This document shows, piece by piece, positions 49,012 to 59,459 of a stretch of DNA of 64,000 nucleotides. The DNA is from Nitrosopumilaceae archaeon (GTDB taxonomy: Archaea; Thermoproteota; Nitrososphaeria; Nitrososphaerales; Nitrosopumilaceae): the NCBI GenBank assembly GCA_965209085.1, contig OZ242376.1, positions 1,344,001 through 1,408,000 on the forward strand. Direction: 5' to 3'. Numbering within the stretch: position 1 is the first letter of the stretch; the number at the start of each line of letters is the position of its first letter. Both the position numbers and the translations under genes were made by a program. The notes beneath the pieces were generated by a model. That model was given only the letters and a program-made list of their open reading frames with translations, did no database searches and was not told the DNA's origin.

Positions 49012-50428
49012 GCAGTGCACCCAATCTTGGCATGACAACCTCGACTTGTTCCCTTACAAGCTGGTTGTAATAATTGATCAGTATATCCACCATCAACAGT
49101 ACGCCGATACCGCTTCCAAATACTCCCAGTACGTCAGAAAATCCAGCCAATGCCCCAAGTATTATGGAGCCGATTAATGTAACTGACGGGATGTATTTGT
49201 TTAACAAAATTTCCATGGGCTGTTTTGAGCGCCTAAACCCTGGAACCTGTACGTCCGCATCAAGGAGGTTTTTTGCAGCACTCTTTGGCGAGAGGCCTCC
49301 CAGTTCCACCCAAAGCTTGCCAAAAATCACCACGATTCCTATCATGAACAAAATGTAAATGGCTGCGCGTAACGGATCCTGTGCGGCAACGTCAAGCCCC
49401 CTAGGAGGCGTGATATAGTATATGATTCCCCCTATCGGAGTTGACGGACTAGTCGGATCAAACTGCCCGATAATGTTCATGAACGGACTTGCGTTTCGCA
49501 GGTTAAAGTTTGCCCATAAAAGCTGCCCCAAAAATACAGCGTTTGCAGTCAACGCTGAAGCTAAAATTACAGGAATGTTTGAAACGTACATTAGTTTTAT
49601 CGGATATACTGCAGAAAATCCACGGTATTTTGTCGATACAAGTGGTATCTCTATCTTCATTCCCTGCACGTATACTAGTATCAGCAAAACGCCTGCTGTA
49701 ACGAACATTCCGAATATGCTTGGAAGCTGGTTGAATCTGAAAAATACGTTTGATAGATCGCCGCCAAGTATGGACTGACCAATGTAGGGTATTATGCCCA
49801 CCGTACCCCCGTCTCCAGCTGGCAGCGGACTAAACATGCTCCAAAGTATCTGCTGCGCCACGCCGGCCATGATAAACAAACTGATTCCGCTTCCAAGACC
49901 CCATCCTTTTTGGATCAACTCGTCAAGAAACATGATGATTATCGAAGCTGCCATAAGCTGTCCCACCAATATGTACAAAATGGCCGGATCTGATATGTTT
50001 GAGCCATACACTGCTATTCCATATACTATTGATTCGCCCACGATGATAATGTACGTTACCAGCTTTGTTGCAGTCTGAAATACCGCCCTCTCGTTTGGCT
50101 TTTTAAAATCAAACTTTAGTATGTCCGAGCCTCTCAAAAGCTGCATCAGCAGACCAGAGGTAACTATTGGTCCTATTCCAAGTTCTACAAGCGTGCCCTG
50201 CTGGGATGCAAAAATTACCCTTGCAAATTCTAAAAAGTCAAACTCTGGTGTTGTCGCTCCAAACAGAGGAGTCTGACCCATTACCATGTATATGAGCAGT
50301 GCAAGACCAGACCATACAAGACGCATTTGGAGTGAGAGTTTTTTTTTCGGTTTTGGCACCTGTGGAAGATACGGTTCTACTGCAGAAACTATTTTGCGTA
50401 TGTATGTGGTGGCAGATCCCTCAGCCAT
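48998..50428 (-). CDS. secY: Preprotein translocase SecY/Sec61alpha
   Basis: ELGIGPIVT, KGWGLGSGISLFI, YVSNIPVIL, VPGFR. Confidence 0.97.
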   Translation of the reverse strand: MAEGSATTYIRKIVSAVEPYLPQVPKPKKKLSLQMRLVWSGLALLIYMVMGQTPLFGATTPEFDFLEFARVIFASQQGTLVELGIGPIVTSGLLMQLLRGSDILKFDFKKPNERAVFQTATKLVTYIIIVGESIVYGIAVYGSNISDPAILYILVGQLMAASIIIMFLDELIQKGWGLGSGISLFIMAGVAQQILWSMFSPLPAGDGGTVGIIPYIGQSILGGDLSNVFFRFNQLPSIFGMFVTAGVLLILVYVQGMKIEIPLVSTKYRGFSAVYPIKLMYVSNIPVILASALTANAVFLGQLLWANFNLRNASPFMNIIGQFDPTSPSTPIGGIIYYITPPRGLDVAAQDPLRAAIYILFMIGIVVIFGKLWVELGGLSPKSAAKNLLDADVQVPGFRRSKQPMEILLNKYIPSVTLIGSIILGALAGFSDVLGVFGSGIGVLLMVDILINYYNQLVREQVEVVMPRLGALLGRK

Positions 50429-50882
50429 TTGTTGTTTGCACCTCTTTTGGCACGGTTTTTGGAATTACCTTCACACTTCCGCCTGCTTTTTCAAGTTTTG
50501 TTTTGGCAGATTCCGTACAGCGCCTTACAGTTACAGCGTATGTACCTGATATTGAGCCACCTCCAAGAAGTTTGTCATATCCGGCAGCTGTAAGATCTAT
50601 TACTTTGCGTCCTGCATCATCCTTACCTATTTTGGCGTAAATATCGTCAAGATCCCGTATACATGCCCAAGATTTAACCAGGTTAAGATTTCGCGGCGTA
50701 TGGGTTGATTCGTGTCCAAAATGATCCGGATCATCACGCAGCATTGAGCTAAAGTGGTGTTTTAACATTCCAGACATTCCAAGTCCTCCCTTGTGTCCGC
50801 TAGCGCGGTGCTGTCCAACCTGTCCCCAGCCACACGTACGTGAACCGCGGTTCTTGCGGGTTTTTCTGTTTCTAGTTGCCAT
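50421..50882 (-). CDS. rpl15: 50S ribosomal protein uL15
   Basis: RK.RGSRTCGWG..GQHR..G.KGG.G, KLLG.G. Confidence 0.93.
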   Translation of the reverse strand: MATRNRKTRKNRGSRTCGWGQVGQHRASGHKGGLGMSGMLKHHFSSMLRDDPDHFGHESTHTPRNLNLVKSWACIRDLDDIYAKIGKDDAGRKVIDLTAAGYDKLLGGGSISGTYAVTVRRCTESAKTKLEKAGGSVKVIPKTVPKEVQTTNG

Positions 50883-50884
50883 TG

Positions 50885-51352
50885 TTATATCATTCTCCGG
50901 ACCAATTCGGCCAATTCTTTGTTAGGTCCTAGTATGCCTTTTTGCGTATAGAGGCGTTTTGTACTTCGTTTAAATCCCTTACGCGGCGGTGCCAGTGCAA
51001 ACCACGGCTTTAGTTCCTTTATCTTTGACATTGAAATCTTGCCTTCCGCAATGGAGGAGGCCATCTCGTCAAGATCGGCAAATCCCATGTCTTTTAGATC
51101 CTGCGATTCAATTTTTCGGTATCCGGACTTGCGGCCTTTTTTATCCAACAGATGTTTTGTAATTTCAATATCTGCCTCTTGCCAGCTGACGTAATGTTTT
51201 ATCTTGTCCAGCATTCCAAGGGTGTTTACCTGTGCCTGCAGTATGGTTGCACGGTATTTTTTGTCCAATCTTAACAATTCCATAGTGGTACTAGCCCAGT
51301 ACGGAACATCTACCTGGCCTTTAATTCGGACTACAAGATACGACTTTGCCAT
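50885..51352 (-). CDS. rpl30: 50S ribosomal protein uL30
   Basis: VVRIKG, L.PPRKGF; operon position. Confidence 0.93.
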   Translation of the reverse strand: MAKSYLVVRIKGQVDVPYWASTTMELLRLDKKYRATILQAQVNTLGMLDKIKHYVSWQEADIEITKHLLDKKGRKSGYRKIESQDLKDMGFADLDEMASSIAEGKISMSKIKELKPWFALAPPRKGFKRSTKRLYTQKGILGPNKELAELVRRMI

Positions 51353-51359
51353 GCTTGTA

Positions 51360-52046
51360 TCAACCCTGACTGAATGTCTGTCTTAGACATTCCAATACGG
51401 CTTTAGCCGTAGAATTCATTGTTGGCGTAGATCCTTTTGCCGTAGTATATGCATCCTTTAATCCTGCAAGCTCTAATAGACGTCGTATTTTGCCTCCGGC
51501 CACAAGACCTAGTCCACGTGGTGCAGGAAGTATCTCCACAACGACGCTGCCGCCTTTGCCTCGCACCTTGAATGGTACTGAATGTTTTTGTGAACACTTG
51601 CATTCCCAGCTTCCACATCCAAGTTTTATCGGACTGACGTTAATGTACGCCTGGGTTGTCGCTTTTTCTATAGCTATGCGTATTTGCTTTGATTTGCCCT
51701 GCCCTATTCCAAGCCAGCCATTCTCATTTCCTGCCGCAACAATGGCGCGGAATCTCGTGGATTGGCCGTTTGCCGTCATTTTTTGTATCATTCCGACATC
51801 CACCACTTCTGTTTTCAAGTCAGGTAGGAGTTTTTTTATTATTCCGGATTCCTGAATGCGCGCGCCGCTTTCCAGTATTGGTATAATGGAATCAATCTCT
51901 CCGGATGAAACTTTTTTCCCAAGTATTGTCTTTGGCACCCATGGTGCTTCCTCACGCGGTTCACGGCGTCTTCGAGGTCTGTCAGATGCACCAGGTCTGC
52001 CTCCGCGCGGTGGACGTCCTTTGGTTGGGGCAGCAGTATGACTCAA
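51360..52046 (-). CDS. rps5: 30S ribosomal protein uS5
   Basis: WVPKT.LG, GCGSWEC, PAPRGLGLV. Confidence 0.95.
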   Translation of the reverse strand: MSHTAAPTKGRPPRGGRPGASDRPRRRREPREEAPWVPKTILGKKVSSGEIDSIIPILESGARIQESGIIKKLLPDLKTEVVDVGMIQKMTANGQSTRFRAIVAAGNENGWLGIGQGKSKQIRIAIEKATTQAYINVSPIKLGCGSWECKCSQKHSVPFKVRGKGGSVVVEILPAPRGLGLVAGGKIRRLLELAGLKDAYTTAKGSTPTMNSTAKAVLECLRQTFSQG

Positions 52047-52529
52047 TTATTGTACATCTCCGTCAATTGATGATTTTACTGCGACAATGTCGTTTTTAAC
52101 GGAAAGAAACTTTCCCTGTATGCGCTCTTCTGATGGAAATGTTTCAGGATCTGCAGGAACCTGAATACCTGCGTCAATTATGCCTTTTATAGCTGCTGCC
52201 ATTCTCTGCGTGTATCTGCGCGTACCGCTGTACATTAGGGCAGACTTTGCTCCTTTGGATATGGCTTTTTTTCCTGCAAGATACCCTACTAGGTACGATG
52301 CAGGAATACTCTTTCGTGAACCTTTCCAACCTTTTGTGGTAAGATAACGCGAGTGTGCCGAAGCCACCACTATATCTCCGGTTATATTTGGGGTCAAAAT
52401 CTGCACCTGGGAGTTTTCATTCGTGATTGTAACGGTAATAAAATCGCGCCTACCCATGAGCATTATACCACGTTTCTTATAGTTGGTTTTTTGCGCTCTC
52501 TGTCTTCTAAGTATCTTAGAATAAGCCAT
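52047..52529 (-). CDS. rpl18: 50S ribosomal protein uL18
   Basis: KTNYKKR, GD...ASAHS..L...GW, YL.GYLAG. Confidence 0.92.
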   Translation of the reverse strand: MAYSKILRRQRAQKTNYKKRGIMLMGRRDFITVTITNENSQVQILTPNITGDIVVASAHSRYLTTKGWKGSRKSIPASYLVGYLAGKKAISKGAKSALMYSGTRRYTQRMAAAIKGIIDAGIQVPADPETFPSEERIQGKFLSVKNDIVAVKSSIDGDVQ

Positions 52530-52563
52530 CTAACGCTCAACCTCTAATATGCTCTTATAAACC

Positions 52564-53478
52564 TTAGATGGAAGAGGCGCCAACAAGATACAATAGCAGA
52601 GCTTTTTGAGCATGCAGTCTGTTTTCAGTTTCATCCCACACTACGGATTTTGGTCCGTCTATGACAAAAGATTCAACCTCTTTGCCGCGTTTTGCCGGAA
52701 GACAGTGCATGAATATTGCATCCTTGTGTGCCATTGACATCAGGGATTTTCCGACCCTGTATTTTGGTACAAACGCTGCCGTTCTTGCAGACGAATCTTT
52801 GTTGTGTATCGAGGTAAACGTATCAGTTACCACCACGTCAGCATCCTTTGCAGCCTTTGCCGGATCCGTGGTTATGCTCACGCTAGTTGATTTTGAGGCA
52901 TTTTTTACAACGTCCGGATCAGGTGAGTATCCTTTTGGCGAGGCTACTATGATGCTCATTCCTGTTTTTGCACACCCGTACAGCCAGGAATTGCACACGT
53001 TATTCCCATCGCCAATCCAGGCCACTTTTAATCCACGTAATTTTTTCTTTTTTTCATATACGGTAAGCAGGTCGGCTAGTATTTGGCACGGATGAAAAGA
53101 GTCAGAGAGGCCGTTTATTACCGGAATTGTCGAATGTTTTGCCAATTCCACCATGGTACTATGATCAAAGACGCGGGCCATGAGGATGTCCACATATCTT
53201 GAAAGTGTCCTTGCAGTATCCGCATGCGATTCCCCGCGCGATAGCTGCATAGAGTCAGAAGAGAGTGTAATGGCATGACCCCCCAGCTGATACATTCCCA
53301 CCTCAAAGCTTAGCCTTGTACGGGTTGAGGGTTTTTCAAATATCATTGCCAGCGTCTTTCCTTTCAGCTGCGTGCCAATCAGAGTGTGCTTTTTTTTCAT
53401 GCTAGATGCCAGTGAGATCAGTGCTGATGTTTCTTTTGCAGATATCTCATCAAATGTGAGAAAGTCTTTTTTGATCAT
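52564..53478 (-). CDS. argF: Ornithine carbamoyltransferase
   Basis: FEKPSTRTR, HPCQ.LAD, GDGNNV, HCLPA.RG.EV. Confidence 0.95.
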   Translation of the reverse strand: MIKKDFLTFDEISAKETSALISLASSMKKKHTLIGTQLKGKTLAMIFEKPSTRTRLSFEVGMYQLGGHAITLSSDSMQLSRGESHADTARTLSRYVDILMARVFDHSTMVELAKHSTIPVINGLSDSFHPCQILADLLTVYEKKKKLRGLKVAWIGDGNNVCNSWLYGCAKTGMSIIVASPKGYSPDPDVVKNASKSTSVSITTDPAKAAKDADVVVTDTFTSIHNKDSSARTAAFVPKYRVGKSLMSMAHKDAIFMHCLPAKRGKEVESFVIDGPKSVVWDETENRLHAQKALLLYLVGASSI

Positions 53479-54695
53479 TTTTTACGCCATCCAAACATTG
53501 AATGTTTTTTAGTTTTTTGCATGCCAGGCCTGCCTTTTTGAATCCATTCGCGTATTTTTCCGGCAGTGCGTACTGCATCATCGTCATTTTCCGGCGGCGG
53601 CTCATCATATAGATCCGAATATGTCTTTATTTCCTCATCGGATATTCCATTAAACGGATCGGTATCTTTATTTTTTTCAGATTTTAAGACAGATTCTGGC
53701 ATTACCGTTTCCCGTACAGACGAGTCTTTATTTTGATCTGATTCAGGTGTTTTTACAGTATCCAAAACGGGTTTGTTTTCTTTGGGTGCTGTTCCAAAAA
53801 TAGAATTTACAAAAGCATTCATCTCAAAGGGTGCAAGATCCCCGTGCTCTTGTCCCACACCTATGTACATGATGGGTTTTGATGTTACCGTTACAATTGA
53901 GAGTGCTGCACCCCCTCTTGAATCTGCGTCCATTTTTGTAAGTATTGATGCATCAAAATTTGTGTATTTATAAAACTCCCGAGCCTGACTTATGGTGTCG
54001 TTTCCTGCCAGTGAATCCCCCACAAATATTTTAAAATCCGGTTTTACGACGTTTGTTATTTTTTCAATCTGCGCCATAAGATTCTGGTTTGTCTGCATGC
54101 GTCCTGCAGTGTCAATTAAAACACAGTCCACATTGTGCGATTTTGCATACAGTACGGCATCGCGAGCTACTGCGGCAGGATCCGATCCGTAATTTTGCGC
54201 CACAAGTTTTATTCCAAGGCGGTTTGCATGTTCGCGCACCTGCTCTATTGCTCCTGCCCGAAATGTGTCAGATGCAGCTATGACAATTGATATTTTTTTC
54301 TTCTTTAGCATGTACGCCACTTTTGAGAGCGTGGTGGTTTTGCCGGTTCCGTTTATTCCCACAAAGAGTACAAGGTATGGTCCTGCAGATTCGTCGCGTT
54401 TTTTTTCAATATTTGCCACAAGATCCTCTGTTCCGGTATTTTCAAACATTTTCAAGACCGTACCGGCAAGTCCTTTTCGGATGTGCTCGCCCATGTGTTT
54501 TTTTTCAATGCTAGTTCCAACCATGGATTCACGCAGGTTTGATTTTATCAGTTCCACAGCTTCCACTGCAACATCTGCATCCATCAGGGCAAATTCCAAA
54601 TCAGATATGGCAAAATCAACATCCTGTTTTTTTAATTCCCTCTCGCCCAGACTTTTAGCTGCTGTGGCAAACGCCGATTTTAGTTTTTCAAACAT
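53475..54695 (-). CDS. ftsY: Signal recognition particle receptor FtsY
   Basis: GINGTGKTTT, DTFRAGA, DTAGR, TKMDAD..GG; C-terminal extension. Confidence 0.95.
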   Translation of the reverse strand: MFEKLKSAFATAAKSLGERELKKQDVDFAISDLEFALMDADVAVEAVELIKSNLRESMVGTSIEKKHMGEHIRKGLAGTVLKMFENTGTEDLVANIEKKRDESAGPYLVLFVGINGTGKTTTLSKVAYMLKKKKISIVIAASDTFRAGAIEQVREHANRLGIKLVAQNYGSDPAAVARDAVLYAKSHNVDCVLIDTAGRMQTNQNLMAQIEKITNVVKPDFKIFVGDSLAGNDTISQAREFYKYTNFDASILTKMDADSRGGAALSIVTVTSKPIMYIGVGQEHGDLAPFEMNAFVNSIFGTAPKENKPVLDTVKTPESDQNKDSSVRETVMPESVLKSEKNKDTDPFNGISDEEIKTYSDLYDEPPPENDDDAVRTAGKIREWIQKGRPGMQKTKKHSMFGWRKK

Positions 54696-55131
54696 TTTTT
54701 TTCGCCGCAGGCTGCTTTGTGGCAGCCTGACTCATCTGGGAGATCATTTCCCGACTCTCATCCATGCGTTCTGCAGCTTCCTGTTTGCGCGCCGCAGTAT
54801 CCTGCATTGCCACTTCAAACTCTTTTATTCGGGATTCAACATAATTTATCGCCGAATCGTGATCCTTTTCTACTGCAATTCCGGCTCCAATGTTTACGAT
54901 TAGTTTTTCTTTTGCAGATATTTCCGTTTTTGCAAACGCTCCAAGTCCCAGCGGAACCAATGATTTGACGGGTTTTTCATCTTTGATTGATTTTATGGAT
55001 TCTATTGTATCAATAGCCTCGCGCAGTACTGCTGAAAGACTTGATTCGCGCTTTTGAAGCTCGACAAGGTGTCCTTCGAGCATTTGCATTTCATACATCA
55101 GCTGTTGCGCCTGATCCTGTTCCTGACTCAT
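54688..55131 (-). CDS. pfdA: Prefoldin alpha subunit
   Basis: Coiled coils around LVPLG.G.F and V.IGAG..VEK hairpins. Confidence 0.9.
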   Translation of the reverse strand: MSQEQDQAQQLMYEMQMLEGHLVELQKRESSLSAVLREAIDTIESIKSIKDEKPVKSLVPLGLGAFAKTEISAKEKLIVNIGAGIAVEKDHDSAINYVESRIKEFEVAMQDTAARKQEAAERMDESREMISQMSQAATKQPAAKKNV

Positions 55132-55215
55132 GACGTATACTGCCGCATGTGATTATAAATTCATTTCACGAGCGTCCCTAACGGTGAGCCATAAAATATG
55201 AAAAATTAAAAAAAA

Positions 55216-55836
55216 TCAGTTTGCTTTTGAGAATCTAGAGTCAACTTCATCCCAGTTTATCACGTTCCACCATGCGGCAATATAGTCTGGGCGTTTGTTT
55301 TGATACTGCAGATAGTACGCATGTTCCCATACGTCGCATCCCAACAGCGGTACCAATCCCTTGGTTCTTGGACTTGTTTGGTTTGGCATCCTTCGGTATT
55401 CTACTTTGGAGTCAGACTTGTTGTATACCAGCCAGCCCCATCCGCTTCCCTGTATGACTGCAGTGGTGGCAGAAAACTGTTTTTTGAATTCATCAAAGCT
55501 TCCAAAAGAGGTATTTATTGCATCTGCAAGAGATCCTCCAGGAGATCCGCCGCCGCCTGATTTCATGCTGTTCCAAAACAGTCTGTGATTGTCAAAACCG
55601 CCGCCGTTAAAGTTGACAGCTCCCCGTATCTCGTTTGGTACAGAGTTAATGTCTGCTAGAATATCAACGATGTCTTTTGACTGTATTTCAGACGGGCATT
55701 TTTCCAGTGCCGCGTTTAGTTTGTCCGTGTATGCCTGGTGATGCTTTGTGTGGTGTATTTCCATTGTGCGTGCATCAAGATGCGGCTCCAATGCGTCATA
55801 CTTGTATGGCATTTCAGGCAAGGTGTATTTTGTCAT
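55216..55836 (-). CDS. sod: Fe/Mn superoxide dismutase
   Basis: HHTKHHQAY, NH.LFW, GSGWGWL, DVWEHAYY. Confidence 0.96.
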   Translation of the reverse strand: MTKYTLPEMPYKYDALEPHLDARTMEIHHTKHHQAYTDKLNAALEKCPSEIQSKDIVDILADINSVPNEIRGAVNFNGGGFDNHRLFWNSMKSGGGGSPGGSLADAINTSFGSFDEFKKQFSATTAVIQGSGWGWLVYNKSDSKVEYRRMPNQTSPRTKGLVPLLGCDVWEHAYYLQYQNKRPDYIAAWWNVINWDEVDSRFSKAN

Positions 55837-55942
55837 ACGTATGCTAGTTACAGTCTGTTTATTAAGTACGCGGTTATTTTGCGTATGCGGTTTTACTTGG
55901 ACGTATGGAAACTAAATATCCAACCTCCAAAAATATCCCCGT

Positions 55943-58651
55943 ATGGCAGACAAGACAAACATACAAAAACGATTTTCATCAGATCCGGACAGATATTACA
56001 AGGTACGGTTGTTTGAAGAACAGGGTTTTACTCGAACAGCATGTGCTGAATGCGGCAGGTTCTTTTGGGCGCTAGATGGCAGGGAAAAATGCCCGGATCA
56101 TTCAGATGATGTCTATTCGTTTATCGGCGATCCTCCAACTTCCAAAAGGTTTGACTATTCTGAATCATGGGTTCAGATTGCGGATTTTTTCAAAAAAAAC
56201 AATCATACGCAAATTGGCAGATATCCTGTAGTGTGCAGATGGCGCGATGACCTGTACTTTACGATAGCATCCATCGTTGATTTTCAAAGAAAGGCAGGAT
56301 CAAAGATCACCTTTGAGTTTCCTGCAAATCCCCTTATAGTGCCACAGACATGCCTTCGTTTCAAAGACATGGAGAATGTTGGCGCCACAGGAAAACATTT
56401 TTCCAGTTTTTGCATGGTCGGACAGCACAGTATTGCAGATTCAAACGGATACTGGAAGGATGAATGCATTGATTTGGATTATTCCTTACTTACAGGACCG
56501 TTTGGGATTAAAAAAGAAGAAGTTGTTTTTGTAGAGGACGTATGGGAAGGGGGCGGATCGTTTGGATCATCGCTTGAATATTTTGTGCGCGGGTTGGAGC
56601 TTGGCAATGCGGTGTTTACCGAATTTCAGGGGAGCGTTGAATCACCATCCACATTGGATAAACGTATCATAGACATGGGTGCAGGTCTTGAACGGTTTGC
56701 ATGGATAACAATGGGTACGCCGACCGCATACGATTGTTGTTTTGGCCCATCCATTGCAAAGCTGCTTGATAGTGCAGGATGCGACCTGCAGGATCCAAAA
56801 CTTGTATTATATTTTACCGGCATTGCAAAAAACATAGACAAAGTGGGACTTGCGCAGGCGCGCAAGATAGCAGTAGCAAATGCCGGACTTGATCCAAACA
56901 TGCTGCAAAAGACGATATCTCCGATGGAGGATGCGTATACGGTTGCAGATCACATCAGAACCCTGGTATTTGCAATATCGGATGGGGCACTTCCAAGCAA
57001 CGTGGGAGGAGGGTATAATCTGCGGATGATTCTCAGGCGCGCAGTGGCAGCCGCTGGCAGAATAGGTATTGGCAGGGATTTTTCATGGCTAGTTGATGCC
57101 CATGTAGAATACCTCTCAAAGACGTATCCGGAGCTTGTCAAGACACGTGAGGATGTCAAAAAGATATTGGATATAGAAACTGGCAGGTATGATCAGTCAA
57201 TGGAGCGGATGGGCAAGATCGTGCACGCTATAAAATCAGAGCCTACCACAAAGGATCTGGTGCAAATGTACGAATCAGACGGGATAACACCGGATTATCT
57301 GCTAGATGCTGGTGCAATAAAAGACATACCTGATGATTTTTACTCCAAACTCTCAGAGTTGCACCAGTCAAGAAAACCCGAATCTGCTGCATTCATGCAG
57401 GACTTTGATGGCATTGCTGAGACAAATCTTCTCTACTATACCAACGAGGCGCAAAATGCAGAATTTGAGGCAAAGGTGATCAAAGTTATGGACAAGTGTA
57501 TTGTGTTAGATAGAACGAATTTTTATGCCAGAGGGGGAGGACAGGAGCCGGACTTTGGAGTAATAGACGGATGCAGTGTCACAAATGTTGTAAAACACGG
57601 CGGTGTTGTTGTTCATACGTTAGATGGTAAAATTCCAAAAGATAAAACCGTAAAATGCCGCGTGGACATGACTAGACGGAAAAACATATCCACACACCAC
57701 ACATGCACGCATATTCTCAACGCATCTGCAAGAAAAATTCTCGGATCATGGGTTTGGCAGCATTCTGCATTCAAAGATGACGGGCATGCAAGACTTGACA
57801 TTACGCACCATTCAGCTCTGACCGATGCTGAAGTTGCCCGAATAGAGATGGAAGCAAATTCGGTAATACGTGAAAATCTCCAGGTATCTGTTAGCGAGCT
57901 TGAACGCGGGGATGCTGAACAAAAATACGGTTTTAGGATTTACCAGGGCGGAGTGGTTCCGGTCAAAGCTGTGCGCATAATCAAAATAGGCGATGTTGAC
58001 GTGGAGGCGTGCGGCGGAACCCACATTTTAAGAACCGGCGATGCAGGACTGTTGAAAATAGTCCGTACCGATCGCATACAAGATGGCGTGGTGCGCTTGG
58101 AATTTCTTGCCGGCAGCAGGGCCGTTGAGTATGTGCAGAAACAGGATTCGGCAATATCGGAAATTTCCACATCGCTAGGAGCTGACAAAAACAAGATTGT
58201 CGAATCGGTTGCAAAATCACAAGATGATGCAGAAAGCTCAAGGCGCAGGCTAAAACATCTCATGCGGCGCACGCGCGAGTATGTGGCAAATTCGGCAATA
58301 AAAGAGGCAGAGCGTGCAGGCAGTGTGCTCTTTTACAGCGTAACAGATGGCGAGATGGACACAGATTACCACATAACAGTAGGCGAGGCTGCTGCAAAAC
58401 TTGAGCCAAAGATGGTATACTGTGCGCTTGTAACAGCCGCAAGTCAGAGTGTGAAAATTGCAGTATACTGCGGCAAAGAAGCCAGAAAAATTGTCGGTGC
58501 CGGAGCCATTGTAAAGGAAATGTCAAAAATTTTGGGCGGTTCAGGAGGCGGCTCTGATGCGTTTGCACAGGGTGGCGGCAAGGATTCTTCAAAATCCGCA
58601 GAGGCAATCAGTGCCGCGCGCAAACTTGCATCAGGGAAAAATTCGGTTTGA
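55943..58651 (+). CDS. alaS: Alanyl-tRNA synthetase
   Basis: RWRDDLYFTIASI.DFQ, GLELGN.VF, HTCTH editing site, EACGGTH, DHHA1 GGSGGG. Confidence 0.96.
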   Translation: MADKTNIQKRFSSDPDRYYKVRLFEEQGFTRTACAECGRFFWALDGREKCPDHSDDVYSFIGDPPTSKRFDYSESWVQIADFFKKNNHTQIGRYPVVCRWRDDLYFTIASIVDFQRKAGSKITFEFPANPLIVPQTCLRFKDMENVGATGKHFSSFCMVGQHSIADSNGYWKDECIDLDYSLLTGPFGIKKEEVVFVEDVWEGGGSFGSSLEYFVRGLELGNAVFTEFQGSVESPSTLDKRIIDMGAGLERFAWITMGTPTAYDCCFGPSIAKLLDSAGCDLQDPKLVLYFTGIAKNIDKVGLAQARKIAVANAGLDPNMLQKTISPMEDAYTVADHIRTLVFAISDGALPSNVGGGYNLRMILRRAVAAAGRIGIGRDFSWLVDAHVEYLSKTYPELVKTREDVKKILDIETGRYDQSMERMGKIVHAIKSEPTTKDLVQMYESDGITPDYLLDAGAIKDIPDDFYSKLSELHQSRKPESAAFMQDFDGIAETNLLYYTNEAQNAEFEAKVIKVMDKCIVLDRTNFYARGGGQEPDFGVIDGCSVTNVVKHGGVVVHTLDGKIPKDKTVKCRVDMTRRKNISTHHTCTHILNASARKILGSWVWQHSAFKDDGHARLDITHHSALTDAEVARIEMEANSVIRENLQVSVSELERGDAEQKYGFRIYQGGVVPVKAVRIIKIGDVDVEACGGTHILRTGDAGLLKIVRTDRIQDGVVRLEFLAGSRAVEYVQKQDSAISEISTSLGADKNKIVESVAKSQDDAESSRRRLKHLMRRTREYVANSAIKEAERAGSVLFYSVTDGEMDTDYHITVGEAAAKLEPKMVYCALVTAASQSVKIAVYCGKEARKIVGAGAIVKEMSKILGGSGGGSDAFAQGGGKDSSKSAEAISAARKLASGKNSV

Positions 58652-58682
58652 TTGTGCACATTTGCAATGCACGGATGCATCA

Positions 58683-59459
58683 TTAGCTGATTCCTTTTTG
58701 TGCTTTTACCAGATACGCATCGCGCACCCTGACGCTTATCCAGTCTATTGCAAGAACAGTGCCAAGTACTACTGCCATGAATACCATGGCGCTGCCGTAA
58801 TCAAAATATTTAATGTATGTTATAATGTAAAATCCGATTCCTCCCGCACCCACAAGACCGAGTATGCTAGTCTGCCGAACATTGTAATCAAACATGTACA
58901 GTGCATGGCCCAAAAGATGCGATGCTGATTCTGGAATTACCACATACCGTACAAGCTGCCATTTTGAGACGCCGATTGAAGATACTGCATCCATTGGATC
59001 CGAATCAATAGCCTCCATTGTCTCATACTGGAGTTTTGTTACAAATCCCACAGTATACAGGATTATTGCCAAAACACCAGCAAACGCGCCCGTGCCCACC
59101 ACTATGACAAAAAGTATTGCCCACAGTATGGACGGAAATGTGCGTATTGCCGCAAGCAGTGAACGGATTGGAACGTATATCCATTTTGAGGATATGTTTC
59201 GTGAGGAGAGCAGACTTAGAGGAAGTCCTATTGTAACTCCTGCCACGGTTCCAATGAAAGCCATTTGCAGCGTCTCAAGCATCGCCCAAAAGGCAGTATC
59301 TAGCAGTTGAGGATCCACATTTGCCATCTCTTTTGCAATGATCATCAGATTTGGCGCACCGCTGATAAAATCAAGCGGATTTGCCCCGATGTTGGCAGAC
59401 ATTACTGCAACGGCTACTGCAATTGCAATGCCAAATCCAAGATTTTTTGTAGGATTCAA
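58683..59459 (-). CDS. phnE: Phosphonate/phosphite ABC transporter permease
   Basis: ETLQMA..GT, R.FP...WA, NVRQTSILGLVGAGGIG. Confidence 0.9.
   Translation of the reverse strand: MNPTKNLGFGIAIAVAVAVMSANIGANPLDFISGAPNLMIIAKEMANVDPQLLDTAFWAMLETLQMAFIGTVAGVTIGLPLSLLSSRNISSKWIYVPIRSLLAAIRTFPSILWAILFVIVVGTGAFAGVLAIILYTVGFVTKLQYETMEAIDSDPMDAVSSIGVSKWQLVRYVVIPESASHLLGHALYMFDYNVRQTSILGLVGAGGIGFYIITYIKYFDYGSAMVFMAVVLGTVLAIDWISVRVRDAYLVKAQKGIS

Noticed and set aside
55135-55150. TATACTGC match to the IS630 terminus
   Set aside because: Only 8 bp match, the inner TIR motif is absent and there is no partner end
52047-55836. Ribosomal block beginning at uL18 with argF-ftsY-pfdA-sod upstream
   Set aside because: As I recall, this split order also occurs in Nitrosopumilus-type genomes, and I see no rearrangement scar
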